A DNA stretch of 63,316 bases, counting the filler, from Circinaria calcarea (lineage: Eukaryota): NCBI GenBank assembly GCA_051942165.1. It is 34 parts of 34 records of this genome, joined end to end, with 100 filler letters (N's around TTAATTAATTAA, not from the genome) between each part and the next. Parts side by side here need not be neighbours in the genome. Positions count along the whole stretch, not along the records: positions 24,390 to 26,159 come from JAVECS010004249.1; positions 26,260 to 28,029 come from JAVECS010004250.1; positions 28,130 to 29,897 come from JAVECS010004251.1; positions 29,998 to 31,764 come from JAVECS010004252.1; positions 31,865 to 33,630 come from JAVECS010004253.1; positions 33,731 to 35,495 come from JAVECS010004254.1; positions 35,596 to 37,357 come from JAVECS010004255.1; 27 more parts are not named here. One strand, 5' to 3'. Under the pieces are notes generated by a model. It made no database searches, was not told where the DNA came from, and was given only the letters and a program-made list of their open reading frames with translations. Each line of letters opens with the position of its first letter. Positions within the stretch are counted from its first letter, which is position 1. The translations under genes and the position numbers were made by a program. This document shows, piece by piece, positions 24,390 to 35,745 of the stretch.

Positions 24390-26159
24390 GAGGAAGCAAT
24401 CAACCTGGGCATTAGGTTCATCGGCTTCAGGAACGAGCAGGCTGCTAGCTATGCGGCGAGCGCATATGGCTACTTGACGGGCAGGCCGGGAGTTTGCTTG
24501 GTAGTCGGGGGCCCGGGGGTCTTGCATGCCATAGCAGGAGTAGGTTCACCTACATCTATTATCTAGTAGAACGATTGGACATCCAAACACCTTAGTACAT
24601 TGAATCGATAACATAGTCTACCATTGATGCTGACGAAGTTTGTATAGATCGGTAACTCCAACGCCAATGCATTCCCTCTACTCCTCCTTGCCGGTTCCTC
24701 AGAAACCCACCTTGTCTCTCGCGGCGCATTCCAAGAACTCGACGCGATATCTTTCCTTACTCCGCACACAAAACTTGCCCTCCGTCCTCCTTCCCTAGAA
24801 GATATTCCCGATATCCTACAGAACGTATATCGAAGCTCATGGTACGGGCGACCCGGCACGGGTTTCGTAGATCTGCCGGCAGATCTTATACAAGGAACTA
24901 TGGCAGACATGGAGGATTTACCAACAGCTAAAGTCGTACCTCATCCACCTAATGGGGGCGCCGACCAAGCAAGACTTTTCCAAATAGCCCAATTCATCAA
25001 AAGCGCAAAAGCTCCACTGATAGTCATCGGCAAAGGCGCCGCTTATGCACAAGCTGAAGCCCCTATTCGTGCCTTGATTGAAAAATCCCAGATCCCCTTC
25101 CTCCCTACCCCGATGGGTAAAGGCGTCCTTCCAGACTCACATCCCCTCAACACAGCCAGTGCTCGTAGCACCGCCCTAAAAGAAGCTGACGTCGTCCTCC
25201 TCCTCGGTGCACGCTTAAATTGGATCCTCCATTTCGGCTCCCCGCCCAAATGGTCCCCCAATGCAAAATTCATCCAAGTCGACATCTCTCCTACGGAAAT
25301 TGGATTCAACGCCTCTTCAGCCTCCCTTGGCATAGTTGGCGACATGAATTCTGTTGTCCCCCAGCTCCTCTCCGCCCTTGGCTCGTGGTCATATTCCCCC
25401 TCCATCTCCCCATACACCACACACCTCTCCGCCTCCAAGTCCCGTAACGAAGCCCTGGCCGCAAAGAAGGGCTCGGAGCTCAAAATCCCCATGACCTACT
25501 CCCTTGTCTTCACCACCATTCGTGAAACTCTACACGCCCTCTCCCCTCCCTCCTCTGGCGGAATCGTCTACGTATCCGAAGGCGCCAACACAATGGACAT
25601 TTCGCGCTCCATCTTCCCAGTCTCCTACCCCCGTCTCCGCCTCGACGCGGGCACATACGCAACCATGGGCGTCGGGCTCGGCTACGCCATCGCCGCGCAC
25701 GAAGCCTACAACGGTCCCGCCCACGAAGCCTCGTCCGGACCGGCCGGCCGCAAGAAAATCGTCGCGCTGGAAGGCGACTCCGCCTTCGGCTTCTCCGCCA
25801 TGGAAATCGAAACCATGGCCCGCTACAACATGGACATTCTCATCTTCGTCCTCAACAACGGCGGCGTCTACCACGGGGACTCGGATTCCGCAGCCGACTG
25901 GCTCGCCCGGCAACGCAATACCGCGTCCGGCTCCTCCTCCTCCTCCTCCTCCTCCTCGGGCGGGCGCTTGCTGCGGAGTACGAGCTTAGGATACGAGGTC
26001 CGCTACGAGAAGATTGCCGAGGCATGCGGGGGATCGGGCTTCCTGGTGCGCACGGTCGACGAGTTGGAGCGGGCGACGAGGCAAGGCTTTCGGAGCGGGA
26101 GCGTCTGCGTGGTGAATGTTGTGATTGAGAGTGGCAAGGGGGGGAAACTGGAGTTTGGG
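24390..26159 (+). CDS. HACL1: TPP-dependent 2-hydroxyacyl-CoA lyase / oxalyl-CoA decarboxylase-like; truncated at both ends
   Basis: [80 protein letters not shown] and the TPP motif EGDSAFGFS...NNGG. One intron near 24540-24647. Confidence 0.93.
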
Positions 26160-26400
26160 NNNNNNNNNNNNNNNNNNNNNNNNNNNNNNNNNNNNNNNNN
26201 NNNTTAATTAATTAANNNNNNNNNNNNNNNNNNNNNNNNNNNNNNNNNNNNNNNNNNNNTCATTCACGCGATAAGCCATGAGTCGCATCGTAAACCATGT
26301 GGTGATCCTTTCCGTATGCCTACATAAACTCCCCCTCTGCCTCTCTCTCTTTCCTTCATCGTGGCAGTGGCAGTAAACCTCGCCCAAAAGTGTCTTCTCC

Positions 26401-28029
26401 ATGTCGAACCAGGCTATTCTTCGGATCACTCGCGTAAGTAATCACCGGGCGCCGATGATTGATCGATTGCGGCTCTGCTAACGCCTATCAGGAGCTTGCG
26501 GATATCCAGAGAAACACAGATCTCTGTATGTCTTGCTGTGCCTGTGACGTTGTGCAGGACTCTAACATCGGCTTAACATAGCTATCGCTGTAGCGTGCCA
26601 GGATACAGATGTACGGAACGTCAAGGCTCTCATCGTCGGACCTCCAGATACCCCATACGAATTTGGCTTCTTTGAGGTTCGTTGATGCCTAAAATATGTC
26701 CAACTGCTGCCTTGCTAATTCGTGTAGTTTGCCATTGTATTTCCCAAAGGTGCATCCCCTTCATGCGACGTCAAATGTAGCTGGCTGATCTCTGATAGAT
26801 TACCCTGGTTCTGCACCAGATGTCCAAGCCACCACTACAAATAATGGCCGTTGCCGTTTTAACCCCAACATCTATTCCACCGGCAAGGTTTGCCTGCATG
26901 TCTCGCCACCTTCACATTAGGGATTTGTTTGCTAACATGACCCCAGGTCGATTTTAGGGTGCGTACTACAGCCATCAGACTAATATGAGTCGGATTGCAT
27001 GGCTAAACATCGGTAGCACATGGAGAGGGGAACGCGGGGAGGAATGGTCTTCTGCTCAAGGACTGGAGTCGATTTTGATCTCCATCCAAAGCCTAATGTC
27101 CTCAAATCCCTACGAGAATGAGCCAGGCTATGAGAATGCCAAGACAGCAGAAGACAAGAGGAACATTGCAGACTACGTTGCTAAGGTCGGCAGTACTTTC
27201 CCTGCGGTGATCATGACTTACAAAATTCAAGGTCCGACATGAGACTCTACGTATCTCCATTATTCAGCGGTTGGAAGGCTGTCTCGGTATCTATGTCGAT
27301 GGTTCTGTCGCTGAACCACCACCTCTCGAACCCCCACCGCGTAGCGAATATGACGAAGACATCCCCGACGTGTCGCCCCCTTTTGAGCCTTTCAACGATC
27401 TCTGTAAGCGCCGCTTCCTCTGGTACTACGATTCATATCTACAATCCATCATTGCAGCGGAGAAGGAGCACTTTGCCGGTGAGAACTTCAAATCCATGCC
27501 ATTTGAAGGCGGCGGCAACACCATGAGCGGCAAATTCGACTACCCGGAACTGAAGCGCCGCCTCCAACTAATCCGTCAAGTCCTAGACCGCGAGACCCTC
27601 CGTTGGGCCGAGGAAGGGGCAGTTCAAGTGAAGCGGGATGCCGGTTTCGCCGCCTACCTCCAACGTCAATTCGAGCGCATGGTCGAACTCTACAAGAAAA
27701 ACGACATGGTCACCCTGGACATTGACCTCGCCCAAAAGAACAACCCCTTCGTCTGGGCCCTCACGTACTTTGGCAGACCTATGACGCACCTTGATGGCGG
27801 CATGTTCAGAATCAAAATGTCCCTCAGCCCGCGCTTCCCGGACGAACAGCCCCGCGTCGTCGTCGAAACCCCGCTCTTCCACCACCGCATCGCCAAAGAC
27901 GGTACCCTGTGCTATTTCCCCAAGCGTGCCGATGAGCTGCAGTCGCATATCGATGCCATTGTCGACGCGATCGAGGACGAGCACCCGCCATATGATCCGC
28001 GCACACTGGTCAATCTGGAGGCGGCGAAA
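26401..28029 (+). CDS. UBE2Z/BIRC6-type ubiquitin-conjugating enzyme with a second C-terminal UBC-like domain; 3'-truncated
   Basis: Seven introns give MSNQAILRITR|ELADIQ...|GPPDTPYEFGFFE|F...|YP...RFNPNIYSTGKVCL|SILG|TWRGE...WSSAQGLESILISIQSLM...NEPG. The second domain reads NNPFVW...GGMF...FPDEQP...FHHRIAKDGTLCY. Confidence 0.9.
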
Positions 28030-28129
28030 NNNNNNNNNNNNNNNNNNNNNNNNNNNNNNNNNNNNNNNNNNNNTTAATTAATTAANNNNNNNNNNNNNNN
28101 NNNNNNNNNNNNNNNNNNNNNNNNNNNNN

Positions 28130-28890
28130 TATTCGACACTTTTGTGCAACTCGTCGCCTGTTTATGTGATCGGGTATCCGCTTGGCTTGGGAACCCTTCA
28201 ATCACTCGAGACCAGTACAACCTATTTATTGTTGATCAAACGATCGCCAGTTTTCGTGCTCTTCAACAGAAGAGATATACCTTGACGGTCAATGAAACAC
28301 AGTGGCAGCGGGCTGCCGCATACACTACAGATCAATCGCTACATGCAGCAGGCACGTCCAATATGTCTGCAAACGCTGAATATGCCTGTGCTGTGCTATC
28401 TGCGTTGACTCCAGCCACCCCACCATATCCCTCCAATCTCTCCATTGAAGGCTTGAGTTTGGACTCCACTTCAAATCAGTGAGTGGAGCGGTGCCCAGAT
28501 AGCTACAGAAACGAGTCATACTAACAAGCGTATCATAGGTCGAACAGGCGCGGGGGTAGTCTTCCCGATAGTTCCGAACTCACCATGGAGCCGCAGGGCA
28601 GTCAATCCAGCTCTGGTTCTTCATCTGCAACAATACTCACGCCGTCCTCGACTCAAACGTCGCCTTTGTCTAACGCCGAAGTTGGCACTCGTGTGTGCGA
28701 TGAATGTGGTCAAACCTTTACAGGTCAAGTCGCATGGTTGTCTTCCAACCTCCAACGCCACAAGCGCTATTTACATACGGTGGCGACAGTTCAGAAAAGG
28801 TATTATTGTTCCTTCAGAGGGTGTACAAGGCATTATGGCAGGAACGACAACCGCCTTGATCATGAGCGTAAGAGGCACGATATGGTTTGA
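28130..28890 (+). CDS. C2H2 zinc-finger protein; 5'-truncated
   Basis: A GTGAGT...CTAAC...TAG intron near 28479-28538 joins the two ORFs. Fingers: CDECGQTF...LQRHKRYLH and CSFRGCTRHYGRNDNRLDHERKRH. Confidence 0.8.
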
Positions 28891-29997
28891 CGCCTTCTGA
28901 TATCCAATACCGAAGGTATTGGATGTCGCAATCGCTAAGAGGAGGACTTGATGTTCTCATTTGGATGCAGGAGATAAAATGTGCTGGAACCCATCTGCTA
29001 CCGTCACCTACATTTTCCCTCTTTTAGGGGGAGCTGTAGACTACCAATCTATCAATCAAGATGGCCTCGTGTCTGAGACATGTCTCACTAGTCTGTGCTG
29101 GGCTAGGTACCTACGCAGAGCCACTGGATGGAAGATACGGGTCTGGACGACTGCTACACAGGACTCATGATTGATGTTATTGTGACGACTGGGTCTTTTT
29201 CACATGTTGCAGGTACTTACTTGTGTAACTAGATGCCATATAGTAATAACAGCTAACGGCCCATAATTGTTCCCTGAGATAATATATCGATCTTATAAAG
29301 TTTATAGACTTCCTAACCCCCAAAGACCTCCGACAGTCCAGCCGGTGCAGTATGTACCGTTCAGCTGTATAATCGGGTGCATTGTGGGCTATCTGCACTG
29401 CACCGGACAGCATATTGCAGTTACGGTGCACTCGTACTGTACTGTACTGTACTGTATTACTGTACCAATGTAGGAAGAAAGGTATCGCACTGCCTACCGG
29501 CTTTATTTCCCCTCCCCTCGCCTTCCTTTTAAGAACCCGCGGGGTGTGGGGGGGGTAAATCCCCAATAACCGAGGTCCATTTACCATGGTTTAGAGGCAA
29601 CTATTACTGTGCACTGCGTGACTGGGTGACTGCAATTCAAAACCCCTACTGCCCGCCCCCGACTGCATCGAATACACCGACTGAGAGACCCTTTTTTGCT
29701 CAAGAGACGCCAAACACCCCGTTTCCAGCATATTGCGGGATTACTCTAGGTCCGGACTCCGGGAGAAACCGACGAAACCGGTCCTGGGCCTGGGCCTGGG
29801 CCTGTGGGGAAAGGATGATTGATGATTCTAGAAAGTTTCTGAAGGAAGGTGGAAATAGGGAATGCGAAGGAGGGAGAAGGGGGGGAAAGGGGAAGGGNNN
29901 NNNNNNNNNNNNNNNNNNNNNNNNNNNNNNNNNNNNNNNNNTTAATTAATTAANNNNNNNNNNNNNNNNNNNNNNNNNNNNNNNNNNNNNNNNNNNN

Positions 29998-30318
29998 GCG
30001 AGGGTGCGGAGGGTTAGGAGGGTTTTATGAGGGGGGGGGAGAGAATGCGTGTGGAGGCTCAAGGAGGAAGGGGTCAGTTGATGTTTATAAAGCGCATCAG
30101 GAGAAGGGACTGCGTGGGTGAAGAAGGGATACACACGAGAGGACATCTTTGGGCTCGCCGTGTTTTGAGAAGACGAGGGCTTTGGCTTGAGTGTAGCCGT
30201 AAGCGGAGATCAATCGTCGGCGAGGGAGGGAGGACTTGGAAGTTGACTGAGGGAGGAAAGTTGATTTGGAGCACAGGAGGGTAGTCGGCTTTGTGATACG
30301 GGGCGCCGTTGGAGGCAT
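29998..30318 (-). CDS. ETR1: Mitochondrial trans-2-enoyl-ACP/CoA reductase; 3'-truncated
   Basis: Presequence-like N-terminus, then RRLISAYGYTQAKALVFSKHGEPKDVLS|LHTHSLPPPHKTLLTLRTL. Confidence 0.85.
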
Positions 30319-30799
30319 TATCGTTCTGGGTGAGATGGCATTATGGCTCCAATCGCAGGAGCTCCGACCCAAAGCTCAGACGGATGACGTAGTTCTATAT
30401 CCGGGCAAATTTAAGGTCGGGGCCACACTACCGGTAGCTTCTAAAGAGGCTCTTACTTTGTAAGCTTTGGGCTTCCATTTCAGTTCTATACCTTCATCCG
30501 AGTATACTGAGATGTTTACAGCGAGGTTATCATGGTCTCCCTCCCCTCTCCGCTTACAATATCCCGTCTGTGCTCGCGCTAAACTCCTTAACGTTTGTAC
30601 TGTTGTCGGTTTCATCCCATATGCGATCAAGAGCCCAAGAACAAATGGAACGGCAAAACACTCATAAATGTGCAGGTTCGTTCACGACACTGATCCACTG
30701 TCTCCTATATATATTGCCCCGTGTTCTCCTTGCGCATCTCCCGTGATCTCTTCCTTTGATATTGCCCCGTTTCCCTGGACATTACTCCCCCAATCAGTT

Positions 30800-31366
30800 A
30801 TGCTGATTAGCTCACTTTCTCCCTGTCTGATTTGTCTCTTCCTTCTTCCTTGCCTCCTCCGTGCATCTCCCTTCACCAGCGCAGAAAATCATACGTCTCC
30901 CACAAGCCTGCAGAAACGCGCAAACGTCGAGTGCTTTTCTAAATACCAGCCCGCCAGCGGTCGGCACCTCCACCACGTCAACTACCTTCATTGCTTCGAC
31001 ATTGTCCGCCTTCAAATCGCCTGCGGCGACAAGGTCAATGCCCCAATGCAATTCTCCCGCGTAACCGGCTTCACGGTCCCTTACGCATGGTCCCAAGACA
31101 CATGCGGGATTGCCGTCGACGTCGTCGGCGATGATCATACGATGGAGGTGGACAGTCTGGCTCATGTGGGTGATGCGGTCATCGAGATAGTGGAAAACTG
31201 TGTAGAGCATACTACACACAGATCGATGTTCTACGGGGGTCGGACCACGATAGGGGCGCATCAGAACCTGATAGTTGGCGTTCTGGGTAAACCTACTGAA
31301 CCGGAAAGGCCGCAGCGGCATATACCAAGAATGTGTTTAGCAGGGATCAAGGGCGGGGGGATATAA
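30800..31366 (+). CDS. Small secreted cysteine-rich protein (188 aa), effector-like
   Basis: Hydrophobic signal peptide MLISSLSPCLICLFLLPCLLRASP, Kex2-type LQKR site and six Cys in the mature part. Intact and intronless. Confidence 0.78.
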   Translation: MLISSLSPCLICLFLLPCLLRASPFTSAENHTSPTSLQKRANVECFSKYQPASGRHLHHVNYLHCFDIVRLQIACGDKVNAPMQFSRVTGFTVPYAWSQDTCGIAVDVVGDDHTMEVDSLAHVGDAVIEIVENCVEHTTHRSMFYGGRTTIGAHQNLIVGVLGKPTEPERPQRHIPRMCLAGIKGGGI

Positions 31367-31864
31367 CGAAGTAGAACGAGGAAATAGAGAATGAACGATG
31401 AAAGGGAGCTCAATAGACTTCTGTTGAACAGTTTCGAAGCTCCAAGCTTTTCGTCATCATCACGGTGACGGGCTTCTGGACACCAAACTCCTTGCGCTGA
31501 GTCCTAATCAAACCACTTTCCGGCCCTGCAAGCCTTGACCATCACACACACACACCAAGTATCCAAACACCCTAGCACTCGCACCAACCCTCATGCCAAA
31601 ACTCCCTGATCCCTAATCCAACATCCCATTCCAATCGTAGAACCCCATCGAAAATCACACAACCAAACAACATCGAATTCGCTAAACCTCGTCTTGGTTC
31701 GGGGAAAAGAAAAGAAAAGGGACAAAAGAGCTGATTTTCGAAAAAGGGGGGGGAGGGGTAAACGNNNNNNNNNNNNNNNNNNNNNNNNNNNNNNNNNNNN
31801 NNNNNNNNTTAATTAATTAANNNNNNNNNNNNNNNNNNNNNNNNNNNNNNNNNNNNNNNNNNNN

Positions 31865-32583
31865 TCGTCCATGTTTTCGGTATAGGTTAAGCGATTATCT
31901 TCTATTGGGAGGCGACCGTTGACGTTTAGACCGTCCTTGTGGAGGGACTGGAAGAAAGAATGCAAGTTAGCTTGGCGGAGGTATATGCGCAATCATTACA
32001 GAAATTGAAGATAAAACGGAGCTTCGTGTGGTTTCGCCTTCGTTCTCGATTCAATGATTCCATGGAAGAGGTCTAAGGTAGCGTATTTTAGGGAACAGCG
32101 CAGGTTGTGTTCGTTAGTCCAGGCATAAGCAGTTGCATCATCTTCATGCAAACGTGTCCGAAGGCCATGAGCACGCAGGAGAACGATGTGGACGGCAAGG
32201 GAAATCCCATATGCGTAAAGATGGTAGTTGAAGATGGATGAAGGAGCCTGCGATACTTACATATTTCTTCTCGCTGATTCGAGTTCCACCATTGATGATG
32301 ACAGTCGACTTTTCAAGAAGAGGGTCAACCACAGAATTGGTGGTAAAGCTTCCTAGATCTTGATCTGGTTGGCTGTCAGGAATCTCTTCAGGAAATGCAC
32401 GGCGCTGCGGTGTGTTATCACGATGATCTCTGGATATTGTATTGACTAGATCAATGTCTTCGTTATGTGTTAGCCTCGAGGCAACAAATGGATTATAATC
32501 AGAAGACAAAGTGCGATACCAGTTTCTGTAGCTGCAGTGGCAGCAGCAAGCCCACCAGGGTGCAGTGAACTTTTAGAAGCCAT
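31865..32583 (-). pseudogene. Possible frameshifted gene remnant
   Basis: Protein-like segments in different frames (MASKSSLHPGG..., LSSDYNPF...EIPDSQ..., FNYHLYAYGISLAVHIVLLRAHGLR...) plus a plausible intron. No consistent splice solution was found. Confidence 0.25.
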
Positions 32584-33730
32584 CACTGCGTGAGAGATGT
32601 TGGGTAACACGGTGTAGTGTACAAGGAGCAAGCCTTTAGTGCTGTAGTTATGGTGCGGTCACATAAAAGCGTACAGACCGTGACACAATACAGTGGTAGT
32701 GATTGGTACAAGGGATTGCAAGAGGCGCAGTATATTATTGATCTATCAGGTCTACGAGAACAAGAAGAACTCGGAGCTGACGAAGCAAGTCCTTGTGACT
32801 GTACGTGTCAAAGTGGAATGGGGTTTAGTGGTGATAGCGAGTAAACAGACGGGGATGTGAAGAAGGCAAAGCTTTGACCGCTTACATCGTTGGAGCCACT
32901 TCCTCCACCAAGCCCACTAAATCATCTCCCTAAGTGGCTTAATCATACGCACTCAAAGCACGACTCTTTCCATCCTTGTACCGTGTAAGTCTCCATGCGT
33001 GATCCATTCCCTTAGATAACCCACAAGGCTAACTCCAGCGGTCTTCTCAAGTACCAACGTCCTATCCCAAGTAAATCAATGTTCGATTATACCGATCGTG
33101 CGCTCCTTCTCACCAGATACCAGTTGAACAACCACCACTACTTCAAGTATCAAGGATGCCAACGCAAGAAATAAGGATGAAGTCTTCGTTACCAACCACG
33201 AAGACACAATCCTTCTGGAATGTCCCCAATATAAAAGGTCAGTCAGTGTGGCAAAGCGCATGCAAGACTGTAAGGAGACTAAACACACAACAGACCATCG
33301 GGAGACAGAATAGAATAATGGGCTGACTTGAAGGCGCTGTACGAGACAGAGGCAAAGGCAACAGGGTAACGGGTGATCATTGGGAGTAGACAAGACAATC
33401 AGAACTTTGGAAAGACGGTATTGTTAGGGAAGGTCGAAGAAAGTTACACAGTTCAAAATACAAAGGAAATACTCGAGGACGTTGAGGTCAAAAGCACGTG
33501 TGGAGAATTTGCCCTGGTACCTGGACTAACGCCCTCCAGTAAAGCCGTTCCGGAGTGGCGTTACCTGCATCCGCCTTGGCAACGGTAAGACTAACACCTG
33601 AAGTTTGGAGGAGCAGAGGGACCGTGAATANNNNNNNNNNNNNNNNNNNNNNNNNNNNNNNNNNNNNNNNNNNNTTAATTAATTAANNNNNNNNNNNNNN
33701 NNNNNNNNNNNNNNNNNNNNNNNNNNNNNN

Positions 33731-34477
33731 TCACAACACCCCATCAAATTCCCCATAACTAATAGCACCTCTACCCAAAGCGGTTCCGAAGGCCTCCCCC
33801 TAGCCCCCCACCATCCCGTCTCCAATCCCCTCTCCGAACCCGGCTGCCGTCCCAAGGAACAACACACCATCACCTGCGGCCCGCACCCCGTTCGGCACCT
33901 CGCCGCAGCGCCCCTGCTCTGCGCCGAGAACCACCAGCAGTTTTACCGAGACGTGGCGCTGTACCCGGACGAGGACACCGACGGCATGGAACAACAGCAC
34001 GCCGGGCTCGTGCACCTGTGCACCAACCGTAGCGAACACGCCGCCGAAGCAGGCGGCGAGCACTTTGTCTGCGAGGCGTGTATTTACGATACCGACCAGT
34101 ACCTCCGCCAGCACCGGCGCAAGCTCCTGCGGCCGGCGTTCCTGCCCTTGTGCGACCGGTGCGCGATCGAGAGCCTGACGGTGGAGCAGATCGAGTGTGG
34201 GTACGATGGGTGCGTGTGTCCTCGGGAGCCGGGGAGAGGTGCGTGGCTGTGCTTCGAGTGCCGGTACAAGGAGGTGGATCTGGTGCGGTCCAAGAAGGAG
34301 GTGGAGGAGGACACGAGGAGGGATCTGGTGGGGGTGGAGGTGATTGAGGGTGAGGTTGTGAGGGCGTTCATAGGGTTAATGTGTTGGTGCGGGGCGCCGG
34401 TGGGGACGGTCAAGGGCGCCGAGCGGTGTGCGGGATGTCTTGGGCTTTTCCAGAAGGCGATGGGAAAGTGGTGTTAA
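33731..34477 (+). CDS. Cys-rich hypothetical protein (putative Zn-binding); 5'-truncated
   Basis: GC-rich frame open from the contig edge with CEAC, CDRC, CVC, WLCFEC, CWCG and CAGC motifs. Confidence 0.65.
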   Translation, partial: SQHPIKFPITNSTSTQSGSEGLPLAPHHPVSNPLSEPGCRPKEQHTITCGPHPVRHLAAAPLLCAENHQQFYRDVALYPDEDTDGMEQQHAGLVHLCTNRSEHAAEAGGEHFVCEACIYDTDQYLRQHRRKLLRPAFLPLCDRCAIESLTVEQIECGYDGCVCPREPGRGAWLCFECRYKEVDLVRSKKEVEEDTRRDLVGVEVIEGEVVRAFIGLMCWCGAPVGTVKGAERCAGCLGLFQKAMGKWC

Positions 34478-34780
34478 GAGGTGGCGGGACCCATGCGAAC
34501 GGATACTTGGGAGAGGGTGCATGGGATTCACTATGTATTGGGAGTTGAGATTATGAAGGTGGATGCCTGCATCTGGGTAAGGATATCTCCGGATACTGTT
34601 TTGTATGAATGGACTCCCACGATTGCACATTAAGTCTGAAAGGCTTCTGGTACAGAGGCCGCCTCCAGTATCAGGAGACTAGAGTGATTCAGTATTGTTT
34701 CTGCCTACCAGTCTTGCTGCTGATGAAAAGTTCTTTTCTATTTAGAGCAGATCGAGAGAGCATCAGCTACCTCCCCATTC

Positions 34781-35495
34781 TCACCCATAGAAGCGTCCAC
34801 CATTATGGCCGTTGGCAACCTTAGTCGTACTGTTACTTAGCGGCATGCGCTGTTCGGTCAAGCGATTCCAGACCTCCAGGATTTCTGCGCGCCGCGCTGG
34901 CAACATAGAGTATTGTAAGCTATATAAATTCTTACGATGGATGGGTGGTACGAATCGGCCCGTGGCTAGATACAATACCACACTCGGTGACATGTAATGC
35001 CTCCGAATGCGTTGGGCAAGTTGGAAATATTGGTCAAAAATGGCTCGCAGAGATAACGGCACCGACTATTGCAGCACATTAACATAGTTAAAGCCATACG
35101 TAACCAAGAGAAACGGACCTTGAGTATTATGTATGAGGCTGGAGGAATCTCGTTTACCTGAATAGAATGCAATGTAACACAGGGGGTATCGAGCAGTTCA
35201 AAACAAACGCCACCTGGATTAACATGAGTAAGAGTTCTTTCCGCTGCTACGGGAATGACTCACCAGGTAGACGTCGCGAGTCTTTCAATCGAAGCATCAA
35301 TGCGAAAAGTGGGAAGTGATTGAGACACGCCAGCAAGGTATCCAACGCAGCCTTCAGCGTGATGATCACCATTCTCGCGGATGCGAAAGTAAGGTAAAAC
35401 ACGAAAACTGTTGGTAAGAGGAAGAATAAGAGGGTGAATAGGATCGTCCCTAACAGTAATTGATCAAGATCATAGTCACACGAGTCGATCCGATT
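34781..35495 (-). CDS. GPI1: GPI-GlcNAc transferase component Gpi1 (PIG-Q); 5'-truncated
   Basis: NRIDSCDYDLDQLLLGTILFTLLFFLLPTV...LNHFPLFALMLRLKDSRRLPG|G..., two introns, then LYSLQYSMLP. Confidence 0.92.
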
Positions 35496-35595
35496 NNNNN
35501 NNNNNNNNNNNNNNNNNNNNNNNNNNNNNNNNNNNNNNNTTAATTAATTAANNNNNNNNNNNNNNNNNNNNNNNNNNNNNNNNNNNNNNNNNNNN

Positions 35596-35745
35596 CAACA
35601 GTATCGAAGGTATGGTCAAACATAGAATAAGAGCAGCGAGCCAGGTCGCGCGTAGAGTGTTTTTTGGGTTCACTAGATTGGGGGTGACTCCAGACGGTGC
35701 GGGCAGTGAGCCCATTGTCGGGTGCGGAGTTGTAGATGTCGACAT
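35596..35745 (-). CDS. N-terminus of a fungal rhodopsin-domain (PTH11-like) integral membrane protein
   Basis: LPAPSGVTPNLVNP followed by a first TM helix (WLAALILCLTIPSILL), as is typical of this family. Confidence 0.6.

Noticed and set aside
25931..25958. Poly-Ser insertion in the 2-hydroxyacyl-CoA lyase
   Set aside because: A simple (TCC)n microsatellite in a probable variable loop.
29434..29465. (CTGTA)n, plus (CTAG)n at about 47611, (AAGTTCC)n at about 61773 and (GAATC)n at about 61824
   Set aside because: Ordinary microsatellites with no unique spacers or associated genes.
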